Made by a program: the position numbers and the translations under genes | Notes under the pieces: model-generated | What the model saw: the letters and a program-made list of their open reading frames with translations, nothing else | The model's database searches: none | Told to the model about the DNA's origin: nothing | In this document: positions 22,033 to 35,200 of the stretch, in pieces | Position numbering within the stretch: position 1 is the first letter of the stretch | Layout of the letters: the number at the start of each line of letters is the position of its first letter | Assembly: GCA_002269645.1 (NCBI GenBank) | Contig: NIVC01001281.1 | Location: 169,302-233,301 of the forward strand | DNA length: 64,000 bases | Direction: 5' to 3' | From: Macrostomum lignano | Lineage: Eukaryota

Positions 22033-23283
22033 CGTACGCAGTCTTCAGATGCGCCGCTGAGCAGCAACAAAGGACGCGAACCTGAAAAGTTAATTCAGGC
22101 GGTCAGGGTGCATTAGATGGCGCGCTTCAGGGCGACAGAGTCCACCAGCGGTGCCGAGCGCACAGCAGGCAGTCCGCCTACATGAACCAACAAGTAGCTC
22201 TCGGCCCGGATCAATGACTAAGAAGGTCACACTACACAGCTGGCCCACATCATACAGCTGGATCTAATGGAGTTGCAAGAGGTCACTATCGTGGGTACGT
22301 CTCCATTCAGAGGATCCTGGGACCGGGTGAAGGTGTCTGGTCAAACCGCACCTTCGGCAGAACATGCACTACTTGTCGCTGTCCCCGCGCCTGTTGCGGC
22401 TCGACCTGCACCTGCTTGCCCCGCTGCATCCGGCTGTTCTGCGCGAACTCGGCCGCAGGTTCTCACCCAGAAGAAGCACGAGCGTTTAAATACCTGCGCT
22501 TTTGTCCGACCCAATACTACAGCAGACTGGCTGAAAAGTAGTCAGACAAAAAATGACAGCTACCAAATATCTCTCTAATGTAGTTCCTTATTAATCTGGC
22601 TGTTCTCCGTCCGGAGATCTCGGTTGTGGCCCCATCTGCTGTAATACTGAATGTACTAAAGTACAGCTCGTAGTCAATAAACTTGTAAATTGCCCGCAAC
22701 CAGAGCACAGGGAGAGATCCGACAAAACTGTCATGTAAAAACCTTGCTAACACTTTGTCTCAAGTGAAGTAACAGGTGCGAGTAAGTAGCTGTAGCCACT
22801 TTACTCATAAAAAGTTTCTTAAGGCAAGGGCAGTCCGCGCTTAAAATCCATGCATTCAGTTTATGTTTTCCTATTCTCTGCGTTCAACTGTTACAAACGC
22901 GATGCCCTAGCAACCCAGTTCGCTAAGCAGGGGAGACTCGCTGCAACTGCGTACCGATGATCGGGTCAGCCCCTTCACCAGCAGACTTCTCGTTTTCTCT
23001 GTCCCGCATCTCTCTCCCTCTGAGCTCTGAAGGACCCGCAGATCCTGGATAAAAAACTCCCAATCACAATCCCAGCTATACAGTTGTTGTTGTCGACTAG
23101 CTGCCCCCCAGTGAGCTAATCCATGATTGATAATCCCGGCCGCCTCCCAGTTGCCAATGCCAACGGAGCTGCTCCGGGAGGGGGTCGCATAAGGAGCGGC
23201 TCACGGGCTGGTGCGCGCGCCCGCAATCTGGGGCAGCTGAGAGGCAGGGAGAGACGGCACTGCGCACGGAACTCAGCTTGTCA

Positions 23284-25050
23284 ATGGAGGACAGCGCAAG
23301 TCGCGGCTCAGCTACGTTTCGCAAAGAATCCGGCCGCTCGTCCGCCGCCTCTTCCGTGCCCTCCTCGGCCAAGTCGGCTAAAAAGAAGCAGCAAAAGAAG
23401 CAGCAAAAGCAGCAGCAGAGGCGGTCGTCCGGCTCTTCTTCCTCCTCTGCATCTTCCGAGGCCGGCGAGCAGCAGCTGAACGCGGAGCTGCGGAAGCAAA
23501 TCGGCGCGGCGCAGGGGCAGCCAGCGGAGAAAATGCAGGTGGAGCGGCCGGCCGGAGCAACTGAAGAAGAGACAGAAGAAAGCGGAAAAGAAATTGAGCA
23601 GGCAGCAGCAGATGAAGGCAAGGAAGGCCCGAATGAGGCGTCAGTTGATGAGAGAGAAATCGATAAAGTGACGGTGGGTGAGGACGCACCTGACTCAGAA
23701 GCTGCTGTGGAAAAAGACTCGCCACCCAACGAGGAGTTGAAGAAAGAGAGAGAAAATGTTGCAAGTCCACTTGCAGAGCAGGAAGGTGTGGCTGAGGCAG
23801 AGCACGCGGATGCAGATGCGCATGCGAATGCGGATGCCGATGCGAAGGCGGATGCGGATGCGGATGTGGATGCGAAAGCGAACGAGGATGTGAAGGCGGA
23901 TGCGGATGCGGATGCGGATGCGGATGCGAAGACGGATGCGGATGCGAAGACGGATGCGGATGCGGATCCGGATCCGGATGCGAAGACGGATGCGGATGCG
24001 GATGCGGATGCGGATGTGGATGCGAAAGCGAACGAGGATGTGAAGACGGATGCGGATGCGGATGCGGATGCGAAGACGGATGTGGATGCGGATGCGGATG
24101 CGAAGACGGATGCGGATGCGGATGCAGATGTGGATGCGGATGCGGATGCAGATGCGGTTGCGGATGCGGGTGCAAAGGCAGATGCGGATGTAGATGTGGA
24201 TGCAAAGGCGAATAAGGATGCCAAGGCAGACAAAAACGTGGATGCAAATGCGGAGGCGGAAGTGAACGCAGGTCCAGATGTCAATGCAGAAGAGAATGCC
24301 GATGCGGAAGTGAATGATCGAAGTCAGTCGCTGCCCCCTGCCATTGAAAGACAGCTGAAGGAGGCCGGGGTACCCGCAGACCAGAGACGTATGTACTTTC
24401 AGGCCTACACGCGGGTAGAGCGGGGCAGGGGTCACGTGACCCGAGACGACATGTACACGGCGCTCCAGCTGCTGGGGCAGTGCCCGCAGAGCCAGGAGGA
24501 GGTGAGTATCAGAACCAGTGACATTGAGAACTTAATATAAATAAAGTTTCTCAAACTTGGAAAAGCATCCTAAAATGGATCATCGGATATTCTCAGGTGC
24601 TCCAGCAGCTCAGCCAGCATGGCGAGCCAGCCGACGGGCGCCTGTCGTTGACCGAGTTCGCCTCGTTCTGCGCCGCCGTCTGCCGCAGCCGGGAGGCCGT
24701 CAGAGCAGAGCTGGAGGCCAGCTTCCGCGTCTTCGACACGGACGGCAGCGGCTACCTGGACCGCCAGGAGCTGCGCCGGGCGCTGTTCGGCGACGACGAC
24801 GGCGACGGCGGCGAGGACTTCGAGGAGCTGGCCAGACTGGCCGACACCAACGGTGACGGGAAAATCGACTGCGCCGGTAGGCGATCGTCCATCTCTGAGG
24901 GAATCCTCCTCCAGACGATCTGCTTGCCTCCCACATCTATTTGAGTCATGAGTCCCCCCCGTCTGACCCACAGAGTTCTGCCGCCTGGTCACCATGAGCT
25001 TCGAGGAGATGCGGCAGCAGGCGGCGCAGCCTCAGCAGCCGATGTCCTAA
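23284..25050 (+). CDS. Calmodulin-like EF-hand protein with long acidic N-terminus (Asp/Ala repeat)
   Basis: Exons 23284-24501, 24597-24876, 24974-25050, in frame. EF-hand loops [12 protein letters not shown] and [12 protein letters not shown]. An upstream exon cannot be excluded. Confidence 0.85.
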
Positions 25051-25425
25051 CAGAGAGAACTGCCATTTTTACACAGGCAGCACAAAGCATGTTTGATTCC
25101 TCACAGATCTCGGCATCACAGCTTAATTTTGCTTTCTTTATTGCTTTAAACAGCACCGAAATAAAAAGATTTCCTGGAGCAACACTTCGAGTTAATCACA
25201 CACCCAAAGCAACAGAAAGTTACAACTTTTTCTGTATAAATTGACTTATTTGGTGGCAGTTCAATTTAAACATTTTAAGGGATGCAAATGAGTTTACAAG
25301 TAGAAAATTAGAAAAACTTGTCGGTCAAATGAAGACATTTAGTGAAATTTGGCCTCTTGGAACAGGCAACCCTGCAGTGTCGAGGCTCCCAGTAGCTTAA
25401 CTCAGTCTTCCTAAGTCATCCGAAC

Positions 25426-28400
25426 TCAGAGCTCCCCCTGGCAGGCCGCAGCCGCCGCGCCGCCCAGCACCTGCTCCCTCGGCAAGTCGGCATTGCGCAG
25501 CAGGTGGTAGTAAAAGTTGATGGCCTTTTCGAACACCGTCACGCCGATGCGCTCGTCCACGCCGTGGTAGCGGTTGGCGTCCCGCATGTGGATGTGGTTC
25601 GGGGTGAACCTGTACACGTTGCGCGTGAACTGCAGGTAGTGGTTGGTGTCAGTCTTGGCCACAAAGATGCCCGGTAGGACGCGACCGTCCGTGAACACCT
25701 GCTGAGCTGTGCCGGCCACCACCTGGAAGAGTTGCGGATGGACCAGTGACGGACTAAAGGAACCTTGCGAGCTCTTAGATTTTACCTTGATGCAAGCAAT
25801 CTACTCTACCTGAAAGGCGTAGCTGGATTCCTCGCAGTCGGCCACCGGGGAGGCCTCGATGCCGTCCAAGATCTCAATCTGGATCCGGGGATCGGCGATG
25901 ACCTGGCGGTCGTGGTCAACCACCTGCTGAATGGTCTGTGACGGGTGGATGCGATGGTTGACCACCGCCTGGGCGCTGCTGGCCAGCACGTTGTGCTTGA
26001 TGCCCGCGTTGAACATGGTGACGGCCGTGGTCGTCCGGATCAGCGCATTGGTCGGTGGATTTCGGCTGAGTGCACTTGAAATTTGCACAGCGGATAGGCG
26101 TTAAAGTCACGTGACTTTTCATGCTTCCATTGGTCTATTAAAGTAGAATCAATACACTGGTCGAGCTTGACTTACTAGCTGACTAGAGGCTTGAACAGCC
26201 ACAGATTGTTGAGCACAACTCTGGCCGCGATGTTGGCCTGAAGTTGGCATCAAACAGTTTTGCATTACAATTAGGAACTTTGGGCGATGCAGTAAATCAA
26301 GGCGGCTGCCGACCCGCAGCCAGAGGGCAGGCAAGCGCATTCCGCTGATCCTGAGCTCGCACACGCACGAGTACATGCAAGTGCGCAGGCACTCTGGGCT
26401 TCAATGAGCCAGAATCAGGCTAATTTGCGTGCACGAGCTCAAAACTCGGAATCGAACCCCGGGTCACTCGCGCGTTGACCGCTGAGCTGCTGTGCTTCTG
26501 AAACTACTATTAGTAATATTCATAGCCTCCTATGACTCACCGGGAACGGCAGCTTCAGGTAAGTTGACAGGAGCTCCAGGATCGCCTTCTCCGGTCCGTT
26601 GCCCAGCTGAGACGGCTGCTGACTGGCTTCGAGCCGCGCCACCGCCCTGGCCAGGACGCCGATGACGCTCTCGGCCGGCGGCATGGACGAGTGGCCGGGC
26701 GTTGAGTTGTAGCTCAGGCGCAGGTTTACGTAGCCCTTCTCGGACACGCCGATTCTGCAATGCATTTGCGGTTGGCAGTCGGATCCGAGTTTGTCCAGGA
26801 GTTGCAGACCGATTTCAAGGCGGTAGGCAACTGCGGCAACGCCAAAATGCGGCAACGCTCACATAATCGCAGGAGCGCTGAGGCCGGACACGAAGCCGTC
26901 CAGCACCACCATGCCTTCGTCGGACACGAACTCGAGCTTCTGAACCTTCTCCACGGTGCGCAGGTGCTCGGCGATGCGAGCTGCGCCCTGAAAGCCGTGA
27001 ATCTGCAGCGGCGGATGTTTTATTGCTGAGATTTTTCATAGCCTTAGAGAGGTCGGGGCGCAGATCCCCGCCCCCACCGGACTCATGATTGCATGCCTGC
27101 TAGAAGTAGAATTCATGACAATATAGCTTCTTGGAAATGTTTGAGGGCAAAACCAAAACATCAGGATGTCATTTCTAGCTCGTAAGTCTTGTTTTAATTG
27201 GGTTGGTCACAAAAGTTTATGCTCGAAGTTTCCAGAAATCGAAGTGCATCTATCGAATTTTTGTTAGCATTGCGTCTCCTGCTCACCTCCTCGTCGTGGC
27301 CAAACGCGATATAAAACGTCCTCTTCGGCTTCCAGTCCTTGGCGAGCAGGTACTCCATCGCCTCCAGGATGCCCTGCGAGAATTGCAGCCAGCGAGAGTT
27401 GGTGAAAGCCTTTCGGAGAAATGAGAGTAGCTGGAATGACTCACGAAAACTCCGACTTTGTCGTCAATGGTGCCGCGCGCGTAGATGTAGCCGTCCTCCA
27501 CCACGGCGTCGAAATGCGGCTTGGTCCAGTTCTGACCGTCTGAGGAAAAACGCAGGTTGCACACAAAATTCTGGATATTCTCGAGAAAATTACGGGAATT
27601 GGTCGAATACGCAATAAATTTTCTCTAGAATGGATTAGTCTGGAATTCCCCTCGTGAACCGACATCTCAGCAATTCCCCCCATGAACCCTGGAGTCTCAG
27701 CAATTCCCCCCATGAACCCTGGAGTCTCAACAATTCCCCCCATGAACCCTGGAGTCTCAACAATCCCCCCATGAACCCTGGAGTCTCAGCAATTCCCCCC
27801 CATGAACTTGTAATGTCAGCAATTCCCCCGATGAACCCTGGAGTCTCAGCAATTCCCCCCATGAACCCTGGAGTCTCAGCAATTCCCCCCATGAACCCTG
27901 GAGTCTCAACAATTCCCCCCATGAACCCTGGAGTCTCAACAATCCCCCCATGAACCCTGGAGTCTCAGCAATTCCCCCCATGAACCCTGGAGTCTCAGCA
28001 ATTCCCCCCATGAACCCTGGAGTCTCAACAATTCCCCCGATGAACCCTGGAGTCTCAACAATTCCCCCCCCCCATGAACCCTGGAGTCTCAGCAATTCCC
28101 CCCATGAACCCTGGAGTCTCAGCAATTCCCCCCATGAACCTGTAATCTCAGCAATTCCCCCGATGAACCCTGGAGTCTCAGCAATTCCCCCCCCATGAAC
28201 CCTGGAGTCTCAGCAATTCCCCCCATGAACTCTGGAGTCTCAGCAATTCCCCCATGAACTCTGGAGTCTCAGCAATTCCCCCATGAACCTGTAATCTCAG
28301 CAATTCCCCCCTTGAACCCTGGAGTCTCAACAATTCCCCCCATGAACCCTGGAGTCTCAACAATCCCCCCATTAACCCTGGAGTCTCAGCAATTCCCCCC

Positions 28401-29238
28401 ATGAACCCTGGAGTCTCAGCAATTCCCCCATGAACCTGTAATCTCAGCAATTCCCCGATGAACCCTGGAGTCTCAGCAATTCCCCCCCCATGAACCCTGG
28501 AGTCTCAGCAATTCCCCCCATGAACTCTGGAGTCTCAGCAATTCCCCCCATGAACTCTGGAGTCTCAGCAATTCCCCCATGAACCTGTAATCTCAGCAAT
28601 TCCCCCCTTGAACCCTGGAGTCTCAACAATTCCCCCCATGAACCCTGGAGTCTCAACAATCCCCCCATTAACCCTGGAGTCTCAGCAATTCCCCCCATGA
28701 ACCCTGGAATCCCAGAAATTCCCCCATGAACCCTGGAGTCTCAACAATTCCCCCCATGAACCCTGGAGTCTCAACAATTCCCCATAAGGCTTGGCATCTC
28801 AGCAAGTGCATATCTGTATCTAAGAGTAAGAGCGGTCTCACCAGTCGGCACAACATCCAGGTGAGACATGAGCAGCGCTGGCAGCAGGCTGGAGTCCGAG
28901 CCCTGCACCTTGTACAGCAGGCTGTACTGGTTGATCACAGTGAGCTTCACAGACGACTTGGCCGAGTGCACCCGGGGGAAGCTGCTCCGGATGAAGCTGA
29001 CCATCTCGGCCAGCTGCTGGGTGTCCTGCCTGCCGATGTCGTAGGACACCGTGCGGAACCGGAGGCCCCGCTGGAAGCGGGCCAGGCGCTCCTCAGTCAG
29101 CTGGATGAAGTCTTCATCAGACTTGGCGCAGGGCCGCAGTGTGAGGCGGATGCTGCGCGAGTTGAGCGAGTTGAGCAGCAGCAGGCAGCTGAGCAGCCCG
29201 GCCAAGCAGGCGATCGTGACGAGAGCGGTGCGGGCCAT
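25426..29238 (-). CDS. PM20D1: M20 peptidase, N-fatty-acyl-amino acid synthase/hydrolase
   Basis: N-terminal hydrophobic anchor; LLMSHLDVVP, YIYARGTIDDK, AFGHDEE, EKGY...PGHSSMP, NALIRTTTA, AKTD, HGVDERI motifs over about 8 GT-AG exons (first 29238-28842, last 25722-25426). Confidence 0.9.
27655..28780. repeat. About 31-bp minisatellite in PM20D1 intron 1
   Basis: (CCATGAACCCTGGAGTCTCAGCAATTCCCCC)n with variable C-run length. Confidence 0.95.
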
Positions 29239-30039
29239 GGAGAGCTTCCGAATGCAGTTGACTCCTGGCTGCTCCCGCGGCTTGCTGTATGAGCAGCGTG
29301 TGTAGCTGCTGCATGCTGGGCCGCCAACCCCTCCTCTACCCCACTATCAGCGGACTGGGGGGTGGGGCAGACAGGGGTTGAAGTTTCGCGAGAGTGCAGC
29401 GAGGGGAGGGGGTGGGGGCGCAGAGGGACGGAATACCCGCTGAATGTACATTCACTCCCTCGTATCATGCGGTTATGCACATAGAAAATGTACATGGCCA
29501 TGGACACTACGATTCACGCTTGCTCTGTTCTGCTTTAGTTGTTAGCGCGGTTTTTAGATAACGAGAAGACATTAACAGAACTTTGATTTGAACCGTTATC
29601 AAATTTGAAAACTTTATAGATAGGGTGTGTTAAGTACTTTTATTAATTGAAGTATATTGAGCCGCGCATTTTCATTAACTACTTCTGTATATTTATTACG
29701 GTGAAACATAGCTTATCTTATTTAAAAGTACTCAATAAACATGAAGTGATCGAAAATTCAAGAAATGATTGTGACAATGATGGCGCTCTGTACTGCAGAC
29801 CCAGCTTTCTGGTTGTGAAATAGACAGCCAAAAACCAGCGGCCGAGAACGGCAGGCAGTTTGCGGACGTAGTCGGGCGTCAAATATATACAGCGAACTTT
29901 CATCCGGCAACTAAACTTTATAAACTTTGACGCACCACGCCTGTCACTGCGCTGTTGACCATTTTCTGGGCATTAAAATGTCAAGCTGCTGAGCCAATCT
30001 TGTACTGTAGAATGGATTTTGCGCTAACGTCAGCCTGTT

Positions 30040-30421
30040 GGACCTTCGGGACCTTCGGGATCTTCGGGATCTTCGGGACCTTCGGGACCTTCGGGACCTT
30101 CGGGACCTTCGGGACCTTCGGAACCTTCGGGACCTTCGGGACCTTCGGGACCTTCGGGACCTTCGGGACCTTCGGGACCTTCGGGACCTTCGGGACCTTC
30201 GGGACCTTCGGGACCTTCGGGACCTTCGGGACCTTCGGGACCTTCGGGACCTTCGGGACCTTCGGGACCTTCGGGACCTTCGGGACCTTCGGGACCTTCG
30301 GGACCTTCGGGACCTTCGGGACCTTCGGGACCTTCGGGACCTTCGGGACCTTCGGGACCTTCGGGACCTTCGGGACCTTCGGGACCTTCGGGACCTTCGG
30401 GACCTATGGGACCTTCGGGAC
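30040..30421. repeat. 9-bp minisatellite downstream of the RING gene
   Basis: (GGGACCTTC)n, about 42 copies; source of GPE/GTF/RDL/RRS artefact ORFs. Confidence 0.97.
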
Positions 30422-30445
30422 CTCCAAAACCTTCGCGCGCGAGCG

Positions 30446-31678
30446 TCATGCGGACACAAGTGTCTGTGGCGCCACTGTGAAGCCGTTGATCACCCAGTTC
30501 TGGCAGTCGCCGAGGTACAGCACGCTCCTGGCCGTGTCGTAGGCCATGCCGGAAGTTTTGCCGGCGCACGGCAGCTCCTTCACTGGCGAGAGCGCGCCGA
30601 GCTCGGTGCGCAGGATGACCAGCCGGCTGCCCGGCTTGCTGCAGCTGTCCGCCGGCCTCTCGTGGCTCCGGGCCGCCAACAGCAGGAGGCCCGGCGACAG
30701 CAGCTGCAGGAAATTCGGTTGGGCCTCCACCGACAGCTGGCTGAGCAGGCTGAGGCCGTCGGCACTCAGGACGCAGATCTTGCGCGCGTCCGAGTCGCTG
30801 GCAAAGACGCGCAAATCATCGCAGGTGACGTCCACCAGCAGCTGAAAACCCTGGCAATCGGCGCCCGTGGGCCTGCAGTCGATCGTCCAGAAGCTGCTGA
30901 GGCGGGTGCCGTTGCCGCTGACCACAAAGAGGCGCCGGGATGCGACCTGCACGCAGCTGGCGGTCGGGCAGGGCAGCTCCGAGATGATGCTTGACACGGT
31001 GCCAGTCAGGTCCGCCAGCACCACCTGGTGCCGCATGAAGTCAGACAGAACCAGCCGGTTGCTGCCGCGGTCGAAGCTGGCCCTGTAGATGTTGAAAAAC
31101 TGGTCGTCGGGCCAGGAAAGCCGCCAGCAGCTCACCAGGAGGCGCCCGTCGAGTGCGAACAGGCGGGCTTCGTCCAGGTCGTCGCCGACGCAGAACAGCA
31201 GGTCCGACGGCAAAGCCGGCAGGTTCGGCGCCTCCTCCAGGGGGCTCCAGCGGACGATGCGCTTCCTGGCCGAGTCGTAGAACAGCTTGGCGTCGCGGTG
31301 CTGCACCAGCACCAGGTCCCACGGCTCGCCCTGGCAGTGGATCTGGTTGGCCAGGCTGCCCGGCCACTCCAGAGGCGCCGCGGTCTCGGTCTCGTGGCGC
31401 AGAATCTCCGAGCGAGCCCGCACGGCCTCCATCACGAGATCCTCCATGGCGGTGTTTCGCTTCGCCGAAGTTGGAGCGACGCTGCAGGTTGTGCGGCACA
31501 GCGGGCACTTGAACCGGCCCTCGCCTTGCGAGTACAGCGCTGTGTAGCAGTCGCTGCATAGCGTGTGGCAGCAGGGCAGCACCAGCTTGGGGTGCGCGTA
31601 CATGCAGAGGCAGATGGGACACGTGACTTTCTCTTCGAGCTCATCTGCGTGGCTCTGCAGCTCAGGCAGCCGGTCCAT
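30446..31678 (-). CDS. Single-exon RING-HC protein with probable C-terminal NHL-like beta-propeller (TRIM-like E3 ligase)
   Basis: CPICLCMYAHPKLVLPCCHTLCSDC...FKCPLCR RING; later LVLSDFMRHQVVLADLTG, VFASDSDARKICV and LYLGDCQN resemble NHL blades. 410 aa, high GC3. Confidence 0.8.
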   Translation of the reverse strand: MDRLPELQSHADELEEKVTCPICLCMYAHPKLVLPCCHTLCSDCYTALYSQGEGRFKCPLCRTTCSVAPTSAKRNTAMEDLVMEAVRARSEILRHETETAAPLEWPGSLANQIHCQGEPWDLVLVQHRDAKLFYDSARKRIVRWSPLEEAPNLPALPSDLLFCVGDDLDEARLFALDGRLLVSCWRLSWPDDQFFNIYRASFDRGSNRLVLSDFMRHQVVLADLTGTVSSIISELPCPTASCVQVASRRLFVVSGNGTRLSSFWTIDCRPTGADCQGFQLLVDVTCDDLRVFASDSDARKICVLSADGLSLLSQLSVEAQPNFLQLLSPGLLLLAARSHERPADSCSKPGSRLVILRTELGALSPVKELPCAGKTSGMAYDTARSVLYLGDCQNWVINGFTVAPQTLVSA

Positions 31679-32276
31679 GGTAGATTGCTGACAGCCTCTG
31701 AGCCCAATACTGTGTGATTGTATCTGTCCCAGCTGAGTTTCTGTGGCAATGCAGGCAGTTCAAATGTTATCACTAATGATGCCGTTTATACATGTAGCAA
31801 AGGACTGGAACATGCAGGAGCGGCTGAGCTTCCTGTGCGAGCGCTCAGTCTCTCTCCCCAGGTGCAGCGGGACTGGCATCTGTTTGACTTTTGATTCTAA
31901 AAGTGAAGCAGCCTCGCTCTGTTAAGCCTGCATGGATCAGCTATTTGCGGCCCTGACTGGCACTGGCACCCGCCTCCATACTGTGCTGCGCTTCTGCCCG
32001 CCCCCAGCCAGCTGCCTGCATCGCGCGCCATCTGCTGTGTGTGGCCTTGCAGTCGAGTTTCGGTGACAAATATTTGCTAAAATTCATGCAGTGACTTTGA
32101 AGGAGTGAAAATTATTGCTCATATTTGCTTATGCCGGGCAGGTACAAAGGAAAGCAACTCAAAGGAGCTTATAAAAGCAGATGGAGAGGCCAGCAGCCGA
32201 GAGCAGGGCTCAGTCCTGACTTTGAGCAACCTGGGCGAATCGATCAAACTTCGCCTTTCCGAAGCCTCATCAAGCG

Positions 32277-35200
32277 ATGCAGCGGGCCGCTGCTTCTCCC
32301 GAAGAGGCGGCGGGTCTGCGGGACCAGCAGCTGCTGCTCACCAAGCAGCTGAGAGACCGGCAATCGGAGATCAACCAGCTGAAGAAGTCGCTGAGAAAAA
32401 CTCGAGACAAGGGTAAGTTTGCTGGATTTCTGCCCCTGCTTGCTGCTCAGCCTGTGAACTCGCGCAACTCGGAGCTTCCGTTTCAGTTGAGCACGCGGAG
32501 TCCATCGCTGCCGCCAGCGCCCAGCTCAAGGATCGAATCAAGGAGCTCGAGTGAGTCCCTGTTTGTGCGATGTTGTTGTTGATGTAGCTGGCATGATAAA
32601 CATGATTAGTCACTGCAGCTGGCATGATAAACATGATTAGTCACTGCAGCTGGCATGATAAACATGATTAGTCACTGTAGCTGGCATGATAAACATGATT
32701 AGTTACTGCAGCTGGCATGATAAACATGATTAGTTACTGCTGCTTGCCCTGCTCAGGTGATGGGGCTGTCCAGACAGAGGCAATAATATTGAATGTAACG
32801 AATGAGGCCCGCTTAGCTGGATCTGCAATTAATTAGGGGTCTCAGACCTCTCAGTACTTTGACTGGCCCGCTTCAAGAAATTTTCTTCCTCAGACTCCCC
32901 GCTGAGTTGCTAGGGCGGGCAGAAACCCGGAAGTTTTCTCCCCTCACTTCAACTCAGTTTTACCAGGCCTTGCATTTGAGTTCTCCAGCCTCAAGAGATG
33001 GGGCTGACAAAGGCGCTTCCTGAGAGCTGAGGGCTTAAAATGACGTCCTGGCTTTGAATTGCAGGCTTCAGGTGCGCGAGGGAGCGGCAGAGGGCGGCAG
33101 ACTGCAAGCTGAGCTGCTCAGAACCAGCGACCACCTGCAGGTACCGTTGCTATGCTGGGCCTGGTAGAGCCGTTCGTGCACCTGGAGTGGCGCCGAGTCA
33201 AAGAACTTGTCGAACCATTGCAGCGCGCCAAGGACACCATAGCGGACCTGCGCGGCCAGAATGAGAACCTGAAGGAGCAGGTCAGAGTGGAGGTCGAGCG
33301 GCGGGCGAAGCTCGAGGCCGAGCTGCAGGACTGCGAGAAGGCGTGCAACGAGAACCGGGCCCTCCGCGAGGAGCTCGCCGAGCTCCGCCGGGCTGCCGAC
33401 GACGCTGACCGGCTGGTGCGGTCGAGTCGGCGCCTGCAGCGACAGCAGGCGGATCAGCTGCTGGCGGTGAAGGCTGAGAATGCTCGGCTGCTCAAGGCGA
33501 ATGAGGCGATCGCCTCTCTGGAGGAGGAGGTGGAGGCGCTGCGGACTCTCGTCTGCGACAAGGACGCAGCCATGCAGCGTCAGGTCAGAACCATGGAGGC
33601 GCTCAAGGAGCTCATCCAGCGGCTGCGCCAGGTCCATCCCGGGGTGAACGAAAGCATCGACGAGTTTTTCCGGGCGTCGACAAGCGAGGAGGACGACTGG
33701 GTGGAGGAGGACGAGGACTTTGAGCGCAGGCGACTGCTCTACTCGCGGCCGAAAAGCGGCGCCGTTCGAATGGCAAGCCGAAGCTCGCCGACTCGGCAGC
33801 CAAGGGTGCGTTGACTACTGGGCTAATTGTTGCTCCTGGGTGGTTGACTGCTGGGCTAATTGTTGCTCCTGGGTGGTTGACTGCTGGGCTAATTGTTGCT
33901 CCTGGGTGGTTGACTGCTGGGCTAATTGTTGCTCCTGGGTGGTTGACTGCTGGGCTAATTGTTGCTCCTGGGTGGTTGACTGCTGGGCTAATTGTTGATC
34001 CTGGGTGGTTGACTGCTGGGCTAATTGTTGCTCCTGGGTGGTTTCTGTTGCAAAATTAAGACGACAATTAACTCGCCAGTAGCTCCGCCCTGGTTCGTTG
34101 GCTCTGACTTGATCGTCCTTGGGTTGTGCATCTCGAGGTCCCAATTTCCACACGGACTCCCACAAAAATTTGGCATCGAACAAAGGGGCTCGAGAGTCGT
34201 ATCGATCATGTTTCTTTGATTAGACCAGAATTTTCCTGCTCCTCAAAGTTCCTGCCAACCTCCCATCCCGGATCCCGATGCCCAGAGCGTGTCGGTGACG
34301 TCAAACCGCAGCGCGGATTGGGACCGCCAGCCCAGCCAGGCTGCGTCGCGAGCCTCCGCCAGGGCCGAGACGGCCGTCAGGGCTGGCAGCTGCGAGCCGG
34401 CGAGGTCGGCCTCGTCGCTGGCGGGTCCGCCGGCCACAGCGTTGGGCAAGAAGCGACTGGACGCGGTGGCCTCGCTGTACGTGCAGCTTGGCAGCCGGGT
34501 GACTGTGGAGGTCCATGGTGAGCTCAGCTTAGGCTGCTCTAGATGTCTTGAATTTCTAATCGGTTGCTTTTGTGGCATTTTCCACCGGCAAATGCAGTTG
34601 CAAGGATTTAAAATCTGAATTTTAAGGTTTTAATGCAAATAACACGTTGTCAACACAAGACCATTGTAGCACATACATAACAGGAGGTAAAACTCAAAAA
34701 GATTGTGTAATTTTGGAGGCCAAATTCTTGGATTATATAGTTGTGCAGTCAAATGCTCATTTGCATGCTGCTTTCTTCTATTTTATGAGCCCAAAGTTGT
34801 AACTGCTCACAAGTGGCATTTCCTGAACTTTTTGCTTCGTTTTTTTCTGTGGCCTCCGAAAAAATTACGCACGATCTTTGAGCTTTACGTCCGGTTATCC
34901 TACAGTGGTCCTTGAATCAACAGACCCGTTGAACCATGGTGGGAGTTAGAAATTTTCCGGGAGGCATGGTGCATTTTGGCACCCGACTGACCTGTTTTAG
35001 GCAAAACTGAGACTGGCACTGTGAAGTACGTGGGTCTGGCGCACCCGGCCGAGAGGGACAAGGTGTTCGTGGGGATCCGCTTGCAGTCCCAGGCTGGCAA
35101 CTCCGACGGCACCTTCAGGGGAGTCAGGTACTTCACCGCGCCCAGCAAAACGGGCCTGTTCGTCCGCGCTCACAAGATACTGAGCATCTTCAACTCCAGG

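Noticed and set aside
22260-22560. Cys-rich frame (CTTCRCPRACCGSTCTC) as a third toxin gene
   Set aside because: The cysteines are probably the shifted reading of CTG-C Leu codons from an overlapping frame (MHYLSLSPRLLRLDLHLL). I could not build a signal peptide or a consistent splice model; it may be a gene fragment.
23097-24435. (AS)n, (HP)n and (IR)n ORFs on the minus strand
   Set aside because: Antisense readings of the GATGCG repeat within the EF-hand gene.
29944-30994. Collagen-like (GPE)n, protamine-like (RRS)n, (GTF)n and (RDL)n ORFs
   Set aside because: All are frames of one invariant 9-bp repeat in the 3' region of the RING gene; there is no synonymous variation.
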